Shown here: piece after piece, positions 40,533 through 50,903 of the stretch
How positions within the stretch are numbered: position 1 is the stretch's first letter
How the letters are laid out: each line of letters starts with the position of its first letter
Assembly: GCA_038140435.1 (NCBI GenBank)
Contig: JAYQGE010000003.1
Location: 357-64,356 of the forward strand
From: Rhodospirillaceae bacterium
GTDB lineage: Bacteria > Pseudomonadota > Alphaproteobacteria > UBA6615
Reading direction: 5' to 3'
DNA: 64,000 nucleotides
Translations under genes and position numbers: made by a program
Notes under the pieces: model-generated
Seen by the model: the letters and a program-made list of their open reading frames with translations, nothing else
Told to the model about the DNA's origin: nothing
Databases searched by the model: none

Positions 40533-41462
40533 ATGGTCTCGATTCCCGAAGCTCCGAATGGCCCCACCGTTTACGTAGTGGGCGACAAGGATGCCGGTGC
40601 GGCGTTCGGCCCGTTGGTCGATATCGCGAAGAAATCGTTCAAGACGGGGCCTTGCGAGATCGAGAGCGTTCCGGCGACGGGCGAGATTACGGATGCCGAG
40701 CGGAGCGCGATCCTCGAGTTCCTGCAGGATGAATACAATGCACACGGCGCGTTCATCGTCGGCCTGGCGTCGCGGTTTCTCGACGAAGCCAGCGATGCCT
40801 ATGACGAAATCGACGACGCGTGCCTGTTGCTTGGCGAGGTTGGCGTCGTCGTGCGCAGGCCGGGCGAGTTACGCGCAACAGCTCCGCGACTGCGGGCGGC
40901 CACCGCGACGCTCGACCGCCTTCTGCCCAAGGACACACCGGAGGCCCTCATCCTCGGCGCAGGCCTGGACGCGCGGGCGGTCGCGGCGGCGCTTTCGACC
41001 GGCGCGTGCGATGCCCGGCCGGACAAGGTGACCATCGCCAGTACGGATGCGAAGGGCCTCGCCGACGTCCGTCAGCGTATCGAGACCCAGGTCGAACAGG
41101 GCTCACTCGAAGTGCGCCATGTGGCCGGCCCGGCGGAGCACGACCGGCTCCTCGCCCTGATGCCCCCGCGCAGCGCGGTCATCGGTGCCAGCATCGGAGA
41201 GTACGGGACCGGCATGGTTTCCGCGGGCGCCGCACTGTTCCCGACCGGCAGCATCGTGTGCGACCTGCTGTCGCCGGCGGGAAAGTCGAGGATCCTCGCG
41301 GAGGCGGTGCAGCAGCGCGGCGCGGCGGAACTCGTCATTCACGATTCCCGCGTCTACACGATCGAACGGCGGATCGCGATCCTGGGAGCGATGTTCGGCG
41401 CCGACGCGACAGGGGCGCAGCGCGGCGCGCTGCGCAAGGCACTCGAGAAATACGCCGACTGA
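40533..41462 (+). CDS. Shikimate-dehydrogenase-fold (AroE-like) protein with divergent N-terminal substrate domain
   Basis: 309 aa. The C-terminal half aligns by eye to the AroE Rossmann domain (LILGAGLDARAVAAAL, VTIASTDAKGLA, VIGASIG). The N-terminal domain is only loosely AroE-like and appears to lack the catalytic Lys/Asp pair. Function unknown. Confidence 0.45.
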   Translation: MVSIPEAPNGPTVYVVGDKDAGAAFGPLVDIAKKSFKTGPCEIESVPATGEITDAERSAILEFLQDEYNAHGAFIVGLASRFLDEASDAYDEIDDACLLLGEVGVVVRRPGELRATAPRLRAATATLDRLLPKDTPEALILGAGLDARAVAAALSTGACDARPDKVTIASTDAKGLADVRQRIETQVEQGSLEVRHVAGPAEHDRLLALMPPRSAVIGASIGEYGTGMVSAGAALFPTGSIVCDLLSPAGKSRILAEAVQQRGAAELVIHDSRVYTIERRIAILGAMFGADATGAQRGALRKALEKYAD

Positions 41463-41469
41463 ACCCCGG

Positions 41470-43515
41470 CTAGCGGAGCGCCGCCTCGATGTTGCCGCCG
41501 TCCACGGTCAGAACGGCCGCCGTGGTCTTCTCCGCCAGCGCGAGATCGACGAAGGCCCGCGCGACATCCTCGGCCCGCACCTCCCGCCCGAGAAGATTCC
41601 CGGACATGTAGGCTTCTTCGGACACGCCGCGCGCGCCGGAGCGGGCGCGCACCATCTCGTCGGTGAGCAGGCCGCTGCGGATGCGGTCGGCGTTGACCGC
41701 GTTCGACCGGATACCATCGGCGCCATGATCGAGCGCATACTGGCGCGACAGAAACAGGGTCGCGGCTTTCGGCAGACCGTAGGGGCCGAAATCCCGGCCC
41801 GGATTGACCGCCTGCTTCGAGGCGTTGAACAGCAACACCCCGCCCGTTCCCTGGGCACGCATGATATCGACCGCTGCCTGGGCGACACGCTGGTGGGCAA
41901 AGAAATTGAGTTCGAAGCTGGCGCGAAGGTCCGCCTCCGTAACATCCCCGATCCGGCCCTGCCAGGCGGCACCCGCATTCGACACCAGGATATCGACCCC
42001 GCCATAACGTTCGCAAATGTCCGCGAAGGCGCGTTTCACATCGCTTGCCTGCGTGACATCACACCTCACGGCCAGACCGCCCAGCCGTATGGCGGTTTCC
42101 GTGACTGCCTTCGCATCGAGATCGAGCAACGCGACCTCGGCACCGGCGTTCCGGAACGCAGCCGCGGTGGCCCGGCCGATCGCACCGCCCGCCCCGGTGA
42201 TGGCGACGACCTGGCGCGCCAGAGGTTTCTCCGCCGCCGAGCCGAGTTTCGCCTGCTCGAGCGACCAGTATTCGATCTCGAACATCTGGGCCTCGGTGAT
42301 CGAGCGGAACCGCCCGATCGCCTCGGCGTCGGTGATGACCTCGATGTTGTTTTCGTAGACATCGGCGGCAATGTCCGCGGCGCCGGCGCTTGCGCCTGCG
42401 GCGAAGAATCCAAGTCCCGGCGCCAGCAGAATGCGTGGCACCGGGTCGAGTGGCTTGCGCGGATCGGCGGGATCGTTTTGCCGTGCGAAGTATCCCCGGT
42501 ACGCACGCTCATAACCCGCGATGGCACGGGCCGCACCGCTGAAGAATCCGTCGGGATCGCCGCACACAGGCGTCGGCAAAATCACGGGCCGGGGCTTGAT
42601 GCGGATCGCATGGTCGGGCGTGACCGTTCCCTGTTGGCTGTAGCGCTTGGCGGCCGGGTCCGAAACGAAACTCCGGATCGCGGGGCTGGTGCGGAAGGTC
42701 ATGACGAAACGCGTTGTGCGGTCGCCCTCTTTCTGGGCGAGCAGACCGCGCAGGCGCGGCGCGATCGCGGCCGCCTTCTCTACAGGCCCCGCCTTCGCCG
42801 GTTTCGCGAATACCGGGTTGCGGCGTCCGGTCCGCAAACGTCGCTCGGCGAGGCTCACGAGGTCGATCATGCGGCCATAGGCCTCCTCGGCACTCTCGCC
42901 GAATGTGAAGATGCCGTGCTTGAGGAGAATCAGGCCCTCGACGTCAGGATTCTTCGCGTGAACACGCGCGCAGGCCTTGGCCAGCGCGAAGCCGGGCATG
43001 ATGTAGGGAACCAGCGCGGCGCGGTCGCCATAGACGTCCCGGCATATCGCCGCGCCATCCGGCTGGTCGGTCAGCGCGAGCACCGCGGTCGAATGGGTGT
43101 GATCGACGAACTTGTGCGGCAGAAACGCGTGCAGCAGCGTTTCGACGGACGGGTTCGGTGCTTTTGAATCGAGCAGGTTTCGCCGCTGGACATTGACCAT
43201 CTCGGCGTCATCGAGACTGTCCAGCGCGATCAGTTCGCGCAGCGGTTCGAGGCGCACCGCCGGCAGGCCCGGAGGCTCGATATCGCGCATGTCCCAGCCG
43301 CTTCCCTTCACGCACAGCACATCCACTTTCTCGCCGGTGATGTCCGTCGCAACCGTCTTGACCGACGTGTTGCCCCCGCCGTGCAGGACCAGGCGTGGAT
43401 CGCCGCCGAGCAGCCGTGTCGTATAGACTCGCCGCGCGACATCCGCGTTCACGCCTTCGGCGCGATAGCGGCGCACATAGGCGCGCGCCTCACGGTCGGA
43501 CCAGAGATTCTTCAT
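41470..43515 (-). CDS. Bifunctional class II aldolase/adducin-domain + short-chain dehydrogenase (rhamnulose-1-phosphate aldolase/SDR-like)
   Basis: 681 aa. N-terminal class II aldolase fold (HGGGNTS, HTHS), C-terminal SDR (ITGAGGAIGRA, catalytic YGLPKAA). Confidence 0.85.
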   Translation of the reverse strand: MKNLWSDREARAYVRRYRAEGVNADVARRVYTTRLLGGDPRLVLHGGGNTSVKTVATDITGEKVDVLCVKGSGWDMRDIEPPGLPAVRLEPLRELIALDSLDDAEMVNVQRRNLLDSKAPNPSVETLLHAFLPHKFVDHTHSTAVLALTDQPDGAAICRDVYGDRAALVPYIMPGFALAKACARVHAKNPDVEGLILLKHGIFTFGESAEEAYGRMIDLVSLAERRLRTGRRNPVFAKPAKAGPVEKAAAIAPRLRGLLAQKEGDRTTRFVMTFRTSPAIRSFVSDPAAKRYSQQGTVTPDHAIRIKPRPVILPTPVCGDPDGFFSGAARAIAGYERAYRGYFARQNDPADPRKPLDPVPRILLAPGLGFFAAGASAGAADIAADVYENNIEVITDAEAIGRFRSITEAQMFEIEYWSLEQAKLGSAAEKPLARQVVAITGAGGAIGRATAAAFRNAGAEVALLDLDAKAVTETAIRLGGLAVRCDVTQASDVKRAFADICERYGGVDILVSNAGAAWQGRIGDVTEADLRASFELNFFAHQRVAQAAVDIMRAQGTGGVLLFNASKQAVNPGRDFGPYGLPKAATLFLSRQYALDHGADGIRSNAVNADRIRSGLLTDEMVRARSGARGVSEEAYMSGNLLGREVRAEDVARAFVDLALAEKTTAAVLTVDGGNIEAALR

Positions 43516-43557
43516 GGGACAGCCTCGAACTCGTTTGCGGGTGCGCGGCCAATCGAA

Positions 43558-44445
43558 CTACAGCGCGTCGTACCAATCGGCAAGCGCCTTGCCGATGTCA
43601 TGGGGCGAATCTTCCTGCGGATGATGGCGGCCGCGCACGACGACCTCGGTGCTGTGGGACCAGGACCTGAGGATCTCGAGGTCGCGCTCGAAGACGATCT
43701 GGCCGGGATCGACGTTGATGAACAGCTTCGGGATCTCGTTGGTCTGCATCCAGGCCGAGAGCGTGTCCATCAAGGTGGCGACGTCCGCCGGCTCGCCCTC
43801 GATGGGGATCTGGCGGGGCCAGGTAAGCGTCGCGCGCCGGCTCTCGCCCGGCTCCCGGTAGGGGCGTCGTACTTCGTCCATGGTCTCCGCGTCGATGTCG
43901 CGAATGACGCCCGCCGTGAACACCTTCTCGACGAAGAAATTGTCCTCAAGGACGAGCTGCTCGCCCTCCGGCGAACGCAACCGCTTGAGCATCGTGCCCA
44001 CCGCGTCGGGATAGTCGTCATAGCTTTCATGGTTACAGACAAGCACCTCGCAATAGGCGAGCGCCTTGATCCTGTCGGCGTGCCGGTGCGCCCAGCTCAT
44101 CCCGAGCGGACCGCCCCAGTCGTGCATCACGAACGTCACGTCATCGGTGACTTCGAGGGCGGCGAGCAGGCCGTCGATATACATCTGATGTTCCGCCAGC
44201 GTGTAGCGGTCCGGGCCCGAATCCTTGAAGCGCGCCGAATCTCCCTGGCCGATATTGTCGATCGCGATCAGGCGTCCCCGGCCCTCCAAGTGGGGCATGA
44301 TGTTCCGCCACATGTAGGACGAGGTCGCGTTGCCGTGCAGGAAGACAATGGGGTCGCCGGTTCCGTGTTCCACATAGGCCATCCGATGGCCATTCACCTC
44401 GCGGAACGACTTCTCGTAAGGCATGCGGGGACTGATGTCGTTCAT
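43558..44445 (-). CDS. Haloalkane dehalogenase (HLD-II/DhaA-like alpha/beta hydrolase), paralog B
   Basis: 295 aa from MNDISPRMPYEKSF (GAGG RBS). Very close to the DhaA pattern: FLHGNATSSYMWRNI (halide-binding Asn), HDWGG (Asp nucleophile plus Trp), YCE (acid), HHPQEDSPH (His). Confidence 0.85.
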   Translation of the reverse strand: MNDISPRMPYEKSFREVNGHRMAYVEHGTGDPIVFLHGNATSSYMWRNIMPHLEGRGRLIAIDNIGQGDSARFKDSGPDRYTLAEHQMYIDGLLAALEVTDDVTFVMHDWGGPLGMSWAHRHADRIKALAYCEVLVCNHESYDDYPDAVGTMLKRLRSPEGEQLVLEDNFFVEKVFTAGVIRDIDAETMDEVRRPYREPGESRRATLTWPRQIPIEGEPADVATLMDTLSAWMQTNEIPKLFINVDPGQIVFERDLEILRSWSHSTEVVVRGRHHPQEDSPHDIGKALADWYDAL

Positions 44446-44459
44446 CTCACAACCTCGGT

Positions 44460-45353
44460 TCAGGGTCGGATTCCAGCGTACCACTCGGCGAGCCCCTGGC
44501 CGATCTCGTGGGGCGAGTCTTCCTGTGGATGGTGCAGGCCCCGGACCTTGATCCGGGACTGGTTGGTCCAGCCGTTGATGATGTCGAGATCGCGATCAAC
44601 GATGATCTGGCCCGGATCGGCCTCGATGAAGAGTTTCGGGCAATCGATGGTCCCGACCCAGGCGGACAGGCGCTCGGAAAGCTCCGCGACAAACTCGGGC
44701 TTTCCGCCAATGGGAATCTGCCGCACCCAGGACAGCGTCGGGCGGCGCGCCTCGCCGGGTGCCTCGTAGGGGCGGCGAATCTCGGCCATCGTTTCGGCAT
44801 CGATCTCGCGGATCACGCCGCCGGTGAAGATGTTCTCGATGAAGAAGTTGTCCTCGAGGACCAGCGCCTCGCCATCGGGCCCCTGGGCGCGCTTCACCCG
44901 CGCGCCATGGCCGTCGGTATAGGAGTCGTAACTCGCATGGTTCGCCACCACGATCTCGCAGTGGGCGAGGCCCTTGATCGCGCCCGCGTGGCGTTCGGCC
45001 CAGGACAAACCAAGGGTGCCGCCCCAGTCGTGCATGACGAGCGTGACGTTGTGTTCGATTCCCAGCGCGGCGAAGACCCCGTCAATATAGGTCTGGTGCT
45101 CGGGAATCATGTAGCTGTCGGGTCCACTGTCCGGCAGCTTTTCGGAATCCCCCTGGCCGATGTTGTCGATCGCGATCAGCCGACCAAAGCCCTCCAGGTG
45201 GGGCATGATGTTGCGCCACATGTAGGACGAGGTTGCGTTGCCGTGCAGAAAGACGATGGGATCGCCCGCGCCCTCGTCCACATAGGCCATCCGGCGGCCG
45301 TTGACCTCCACGAACTTCTTCTCATACGGCATGCGCGCGCTGATCCCGGACAT
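44460..45353 (-). CDS. Haloalkane dehalogenase (HLD-II/DhaA-like), paralog A, tandem with 43558..44445
   Basis: 297 aa from MSGISARMPYEKKF (GGGGGAAG RBS). Same catalytic motifs (HGNATSSYMWRN, HDWGG, HCE, LHHPQEDSPH). About 60 % identical to paralog B by eye. Confidence 0.85.
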   Translation of the reverse strand: MSGISARMPYEKKFVEVNGRRMAYVDEGAGDPIVFLHGNATSSYMWRNIMPHLEGFGRLIAIDNIGQGDSEKLPDSGPDSYMIPEHQTYIDGVFAALGIEHNVTLVMHDWGGTLGLSWAERHAGAIKGLAHCEIVVANHASYDSYTDGHGARVKRAQGPDGEALVLEDNFFIENIFTGGVIREIDAETMAEIRRPYEAPGEARRPTLSWVRQIPIGGKPEFVAELSERLSAWVGTIDCPKLFIEADPGQIIVDRDLDIINGWTNQSRIKVRGLHHPQEDSPHEIGQGLAEWYAGIRP

Positions 45354-45508
45354 CGCTTCCCCCTGGCTTCGTATCTTCTGCCGGAGAATATGGGCGCGCG
45401 ACCATGAAGGTCCATGCGCGGCTGCCATGCGCGAATTCGGATCCGCGCGCCCGAGATCGCCATGCTAGCCTGCGCCGACGTGCCCGCCTCCCCAGATTGC
45501 CGAACGAC

Positions 45509-45922
45509 ATGACAGAGCATATCCATCACACCCACCTCTTTACCGAGGACATCGACGCCACCATCGCGTGGTGGCGCGACATGCTGGGCGCCGAGGTGGC
45601 TTTCGACGGCGATTTCGGCGGGGCACGCAACGTCTTCATCCGCCTCGGCTCCGGGCGCATCCATCTCTACGAGCAACCGCCGCGCGACGACGGCAAGGGC
45701 GCGGTGCATCACATCGGCATCCGTACCGACGACCTCGAGAGCCTTGCGGCACGCCTGCGCGCGAACGGAATCGCGTTCCGCAGCGACATCCGGGACTTCG
45801 GCGCCTGGAAATACATCATGTGCCCGGCGCCCGACGGCGTGCTGCTGGAGCTCTTCCAGGCCGATCCGGACAAGCTCGAGGGCGACGCGGCGGCGTACTT
45901 CTCGGACTGGCTAGGCGACTAG
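45509..45922 (+). CDS. VOC (glyoxalase I/dioxygenase-like) family protein
   Basis: 137 aa from MTEHIHHTHLFTEDIDATIAWWRDMLGA. VOC beta-alpha-beta-beta-beta module with metal-ligand His/Glu positions. Confidence 0.7.
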   Translation: MTEHIHHTHLFTEDIDATIAWWRDMLGAEVAFDGDFGGARNVFIRLGSGRIHLYEQPPRDDGKGAVHHIGIRTDDLESLAARLRANGIAFRSDIRDFGAWKYIMCPAPDGVLLELFQADPDKLEGDAAAYFSDWLGD

Positions 45923-45928
45923 CACAAA

Positions 45929-47116
45929 ATGTCTGTCAGAGATTCGACGGCGCGAACACCGCCGATCGCCTACCTGGGCGTGCTCGCCGCAATCAGTCCA
46001 CTGTCGCTCGGCATCCCCGTACAATCGATTCCCGGCATCGCCACATCGTTCGATGCGCCCTATGGCACGGCACAACTCGTCGTCTCGGCGTTCCTGTTCA
46101 GCTTCGCGGTCTCCCAGCTCGTCGTCGGGCCGCTCTCAGACCGTTTCGGCCGTCGGCCGGTCCTGTATGGCGGCCTTCTGATTTACGGAATCGCCAGCAT
46201 CGGCGCGGCGCTTGCCACCAGCATCGAACTGCTGATCTTCGCCCGCATCCTGCAGGGGGCGGGTGGTTGCGCCGCCCTCGTGACTCCCCGGGCGGTTGTG
46301 CAGGACACATATCGCGGGATCGAGGCCGCCCGCATGATGGCCTTCGTCGCGATGTTGCAATCGGTCGCGCCCGCCGTCGGGCCGATTATCGGCGGCGGCA
46401 TCGACGCCTATTTCGGCTGGCGCTGGATCTTCGGGTTCCTGGCGATCGTCGCCGGCTTGCTCGCGCTGGGAACCACGATCTGGCTGAACGAGACTCGCCC
46501 CACGACAGGCGGACGGGCGGACAGCTGGGCGACCATCTTCATGCGCTACGCGGCGCTCTTCAGGTCCCGTCTCTACATCGGTTACACGATGACCTTCACC
46601 TTCGGGACCATCGGTTTCTTCGGGTTCCTCGCCGTCGGGCCCGCATTGCTGATCGAACGAATGGGGATCCCGCCAGCCGGTTTCAGCATCGCGCTCGCGG
46701 TCATCGCAAGCCAGTTCGTCACGGGCGCCTGGGTCTCGAGCCGGCTTGTCACGCGGCTCGGCATGGACCGTACGCTCTGGATCGCGATCGCAGGGATAGC
46801 GGCCCCGTCGGTGGCGATGCTGTTCATCTTCGACAGCACCAGCGTCGTGGCACTCGTCGCGCCATTCACCGTCTACGCCTTCTTCAACGGGTTCATCTTC
46901 CCGAACGCACTGGCGGGGGCAACAGGCGTCGATCCGCGGATTGCGGGCTCCGCCGCCTCGTTCCTGGGCTTCGCGCAGCTGGGCTCGGGCGCCCTGATCG
47001 CGTTCATTCTCAGCATGCTGGACACCGGGGACGCGTATTTCCTTGCGATCTTTCTCGTCGGGCTCGCGGCCCTGGCCATGCTCGGCATGGTGCTGGTGCG
47101 AACCGCCCAGCGCTGA
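45929..47116 (+). CDS. MFS drug:H+ antiporter, Bcr/CflA subfamily
   Basis: 395 aa, 12 TM helices, motif A GPLSDRFGRRPVL, Bcr/CflA-like N-terminus. Confidence 0.8.
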   Translation: MSVRDSTARTPPIAYLGVLAAISPLSLGIPVQSIPGIATSFDAPYGTAQLVVSAFLFSFAVSQLVVGPLSDRFGRRPVLYGGLLIYGIASIGAALATSIELLIFARILQGAGGCAALVTPRAVVQDTYRGIEAARMMAFVAMLQSVAPAVGPIIGGGIDAYFGWRWIFGFLAIVAGLLALGTTIWLNETRPTTGGRADSWATIFMRYAALFRSRLYIGYTMTFTFGTIGFFGFLAVGPALLIERMGIPPAGFSIALAVIASQFVTGAWVSSRLVTRLGMDRTLWIAIAGIAAPSVAMLFIFDSTSVVALVAPFTVYAFFNGFIFPNALAGATGVDPRIAGSAASFLGFAQLGSGALIAFILSMLDTGDAYFLAIFLVGLAALAMLGMVLVRTAQR

Positions 47117-47128
47117 ACCCGGGACAGG

Positions 47129-47157
47129 AAAAAGCCCGCGACGTTACCGCCGCGGGC
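47129..47157 (-). terminator. Candidate intrinsic terminator (GC hairpin followed by T5 on the minus strand) between convergent MFS and glcB genes
   Basis: GCCCGCGacg-ttac-cgCCGCGGGC stem. The minus strand reads hairpin followed by TTTTT. Confidence 0.45.
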
Positions 47158-47340
47158 CCTCTCCTCGCTCCGACCTCGCTCAGAACTGTTCGGCCTCCGT
47201 CGATTCGGCCATCGCCGTGGTCGATGCCTCGCCGGCCGAGATCGCCGTGGACACGGCATCGAAGTAGGAGGTTCCCACTTCGCGCTGGTGGCGCGTCGGC
47301 CTATGTGTCAGCGGCGGGCCGGGAATAGCGAACCGGTCGA

Positions 47341-49518
47341 TCAGCCGCCGAACCTGGCCTTCGCCTCGGCGCGGCGCGCGTGCAGGATCGGCTCGGTGTA
47401 GCCGCTCGGCTGCTCGCGCCCCTTGAACACAAGATCGCAGGCCGCCTGGAAGGCGACGCTGCCGTCGAAGTCGGCCGCCATGGGCCGGTAGGCGTCGTCG
47501 CCCGCATTCTGGCCGTCCACCACGCCTGCCATGCGCTGCATGGTCTCGCGCACCTGATCCTCGGTGCAGATGCCGTGGTAGAGCCAGTTGGCGATATGCT
47601 GGCTGGAGATCCGCAGGGTCGCGCGATCTTCCATCAGCCCGATGTCGTTGATGTCCGGCACCTTCGAACAGCCCACGCCCTGGTCGATCCAGCGGACCAC
47701 GTAGCCGAGGATGCCCTGCGCATTGTTGTCGAGCTCGGCCTGGATGTCGGCCTCGGGCCAGTTCGGCCGGTCGGTGACCGGGATCGACAGGATGTCGTCC
47801 AGGTTCGCCCGGCCGCGGGACTTCAGCTCGGCCTGGCGGTCGGCGACGCTCACCTGGTGATAGTGGAGCGCGTGCAGGGTCGCGGCCGTCGGTGACGGCA
47901 CCCAGGCGGTGTTCGCGCCGGACATGGGGTGGCCGACCTTCTGCTCCATCATGTCCGCCATCCGGTCGGGCATGGCCCACATACCCTTGCCGATCTGGGC
48001 GTGGCCCGGCAGGCCGCATTCGAGGCCGATATCGACGTTCCAGTCCTCATAGGCCTGGATCCACGCCGCCGCCTTCATGTCGCCCTTGCGGATCATCGCG
48101 CCGGCTTCCATGGAGGTGTGCATCTCGTCGCCCGTGCGGTCGAGGAAGCCGGTGTTGATGAAGAACACGCGGTTCTTGGTCGCCCGGATGCATTCCTTGA
48201 GATTCACGGTCGTGCGCCGCTCCTCGTCCATGATGCCCACCTTGAGGGTGTGGCGCTCAAGGCCGAGCGCGTCCTCGACCCGGCCGAAGAGCTCGTCGGT
48301 AAAGGCCACTTCCTCCGGGCCGTGCATCTTGGGCTTCACGATGTAGATCGCGCCGGTCCGGCTGTTGGCGTGCTTGCCGTTGCCCTGGACGTCGTGCATC
48401 GCGATGAGCGCGGAGAAGATGCCGTCGAGGATGCCCTCGAAGGCCTCGTTGCCGTCCTTGTCGAGGACCATGCCGATGGTCATCAGGTGGCCGACATTGC
48501 GGACCAGCATCAGCGAGCGACCGTGGAGCGTCAGCACGCCGCCGCCGGGATGGGTGTAGGTGCGGTCGGGCTCCATGGTGCGGGTCACCGTCTGGCCGCC
48601 CTTCTCGAAGGCGGCCGTCAGGTCGCCCTTGATGAGCCCGAGCCAGTTCCGATACGCGAGCACCTTGTCCTGGGCATCCACCGTCGAGACCGAATCCTCG
48701 AAGTCCATGATGGTGGTGAGCGCAGACTCGACCACGATGTCGGCGACCCCGGCCGGATCGTCCTTGCCGATCGGGTGATCGATATCGATGACGATCTCGA
48801 GGTGCAGGTCGTTGTGGACGAGCAGGACGACCGACGGCGCACCCGCGTCGCCCTGATAGCCCGCGAAGCCCATGGGGTTGGCGAGGCCGGTGACCGTGCC
48901 GTCGGCGAGGGTCACGGAGAGCGCGTCATCCACGATCGCATAGCCGACCGAATCCGCGTGCGAACCCGCCGCGAGCGGCGCCGCCTCGTCGAGGAGTTCG
49001 CGGCCGCGGGCGATAACCTTCGCGCCGCGGGCCGGGTTGTAGCCCTTGCCCAGCTCCGCACCGCCCTCGTCGGAGATCGCATCCGTGCCGTAGAGCGCGT
49101 CATAGAGGCTGCCCCAGCGGGCGTTCGCGGCGTTCAGCGCGTAGCGCGAGATGGTGATTGGCACGACGAGCTGCGGGCCCGCGATAGAGCAGATTTCCGA
49201 ATCGACATTGGCCGTCTCGACCGAAAACGCATCGCCCTCGGGCACGAGATAGCCGATCTCCTCGAGGAAGGCCCGGTAGGCCGCCGGGTCGAACTCCTTG
49301 TCGCGGTTTGCCGTGTGCCAGGCGTCGATCTGCGACTGCAGCGTCTCGCGCTTCTCGAGCAGTTCGCGATTGCGCGGCCCGAGGTCGTTCACGATCTCAT
49401 CGACGGACGCCCAGAACTTGTCCTGGTCGAGGCCGGTCCCCGGCAGCGCCTCGTCGTTGATGAAATTGTAGAGTTCCGCGGCTACCTGGATGTTTCCCGC
49501 CTGGATCATCTCGCTCAT
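47341..49518 (-). CDS. glcB: Malate synthase G
   Basis: 725 aa, [28 protein letters not shown]-terminus and full-length collinearity with GlcB-type malate synthases. Confidence 0.95.
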   Translation of the reverse strand: MSEMIQAGNIQVAAELYNFINDEALPGTGLDQDKFWASVDEIVNDLGPRNRELLEKRETLQSQIDAWHTANRDKEFDPAAYRAFLEEIGYLVPEGDAFSVETANVDSEICSIAGPQLVVPITISRYALNAANARWGSLYDALYGTDAISDEGGAELGKGYNPARGAKVIARGRELLDEAAPLAAGSHADSVGYAIVDDALSVTLADGTVTGLANPMGFAGYQGDAGAPSVVLLVHNDLHLEIVIDIDHPIGKDDPAGVADIVVESALTTIMDFEDSVSTVDAQDKVLAYRNWLGLIKGDLTAAFEKGGQTVTRTMEPDRTYTHPGGGVLTLHGRSLMLVRNVGHLMTIGMVLDKDGNEAFEGILDGIFSALIAMHDVQGNGKHANSRTGAIYIVKPKMHGPEEVAFTDELFGRVEDALGLERHTLKVGIMDEERRTTVNLKECIRATKNRVFFINTGFLDRTGDEMHTSMEAGAMIRKGDMKAAAWIQAYEDWNVDIGLECGLPGHAQIGKGMWAMPDRMADMMEQKVGHPMSGANTAWVPSPTAATLHALHYHQVSVADRQAELKSRGRANLDDILSIPVTDRPNWPEADIQAELDNNAQGILGYVVRWIDQGVGCSKVPDINDIGLMEDRATLRISSQHIANWLYHGICTEDQVRETMQRMAGVVDGQNAGDDAYRPMAADFDGSVAFQAACDLVFKGREQPSGYTEPILHARRAEAKARFGG

Positions 49519-49713
49519 GACTCTCGTCCCCGTAAGGTGTTCTTCGTCGAATTTGGTGATGGGCCACCCTGCATCGGGTGGCGTTCGCGATCACCACCCT
49601 AGATAACACGAAACAGGGGTACGGATTCGAGTCCCCATGGGACGGTTTCGCTATATTGTCTTTCAACGAAAGCAAGAGAATGCGCCGCGCCGCGCGCGAG
49701 GAAGGGACGTGAC

Positions 49714-50124
49714 ATGATTACCAAGGGCATCAAGCAACTCTGCGCCGAGGCGGAGGAGGAGATCGAGACCATGACCGTCGAGGAGGTCATGGCGGTCCGT
49801 GGCGACGACGACGTGGTCCTGGTCGATATCCGTGACATCCGCGAACTCTGGCGCGACGGGACGATCCCCGGCGCCCAGCACATGCCGCGCGGCATGCTCG
49901 AGTTCTGGGTCGATCCGGAAAGCCCCTATCACCGCGAGATCTTCACCAGCGGCAAGAAGTTCATCTTCTACTGCGCCGGCGGGCTGCGTTCTGCGCTGGC
50001 TGCAAAAGCCGTCCATGATATGGGGCTTGCCCCGGTCGCGCACATGCGCGGAGGCTACGGCGCCTGGGTGAAGGCCGACGGAGACACGGAAGAAAAAGAG
50101 GTCAAGCTTCCCGAGGCGTCCTAG
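49714..50124 (+). CDS. Single-domain rhodanese-like sulfurtransferase
   Basis: 136 aa. Active-site loop YCAGGLRS (Cys-X4-Arg). Confidence 0.75.
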   Translation: MITKGIKQLCAEAEEEIETMTVEEVMAVRGDDDVVLVDIRDIRELWRDGTIPGAQHMPRGMLEFWVDPESPYHREIFTSGKKFIFYCAGGLRSALAAKAVHDMGLAPVAHMRGGYGAWVKADGDTEEKEVKLPEAS

Positions 50125-50130
50125 GGCCGG

Positions 50131-50892
50131 TCAGGAGGTCGCCTTCTCGCGCAGGGCGGGGAACACGTCGGTCATCCGCGCGCCGGGATAGAAGGCCTCA
50201 TCGTAGGCCGGGCGCGCCTTGATCCGTTCGAACCAGTCCACGACGGCGGACGATCCGTCGTAGATATCGGTCATGCCCAGGTCTTCCATGCGCTGGAACA
50301 GCGGCGCCATGCAGATGTCCGCGATGGTATACTGGGCGCCGACGATCCAGGGGCCCTCGCGGGTCAGCGCTTCTTCCATCCGCTCGACGGTGGCGCGCAA
50401 CTGCATCAGCGAGTTCTCGTATTCCTCCTCGCTGAATCCCGTGCGGTTGAGCCGCATGAAGAAATCACGCCGCAGCGTGTTCGAGTCACGGAACTCCGCA
50501 TACTCCTCCTCGCTCATCGCCTTGAAGCGGTCGATCAAGAGGTTCTGGAAGGTGGGGACACGCACGGCCATCGACGGCACTTCGTCGATATAGCGCAGCC
50601 AGGCGCGCATCTCCGCGCGCTTCTTGGGATCGTCCGGTGAGAGAGAGATGCCGTCCGGCCACACCTCGTCCACATACTCGCACATCACGGTGGACTCGAT
50701 GATCGGCGTGCCGTCATGCACGAACGCCGGCACGACCCCGTTGGGATTGATCGCGAGATACTCGGGCGTCAGGTTTTCCTGGGTGCCGAGGTCGACATGG
50801 CGGTTGACCCAGTCGATCCCCTTCTCGGCCAGGCAGATGCGCACCTTCTGGCTGCAGGTCGACGCGTCGTGGTGAAACAGCTCAAGCGGCAT
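50131..50892 (-). CDS. Glutathione S-transferase family protein
   Basis: 253 aa. N-terminal thioredoxin-like GST domain (STCSQKVR, VVPAF..DG..I.ES) and helical C-terminal domain. Confidence 0.8.
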   Translation of the reverse strand: MPLELFHHDASTCSQKVRICLAEKGIDWVNRHVDLGTQENLTPEYLAINPNGVVPAFVHDGTPIIESTVMCEYVDEVWPDGISLSPDDPKKRAEMRAWLRYIDEVPSMAVRVPTFQNLLIDRFKAMSEEEYAEFRDSNTLRRDFFMRLNRTGFSEEEYENSLMQLRATVERMEEALTREGPWIVGAQYTIADICMAPLFQRMEDLGMTDIYDGSSAVVDWFERIKARPAYDEAFYPGARMTDVFPALREKATS

Positions 50893-50903
50893 GGCAGCGC
50901 TCG

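Noticed and set aside
45568-47328. 586-aa plus-strand ORF overlapping the Bcr/CflA MFS gene
   Set aside because: Out of frame relative to the MFS transporter, whose 12-TM hydrophobic pattern is clear in frame 45929..47116. The alternative frame gives an Arg/Pro-rich product.
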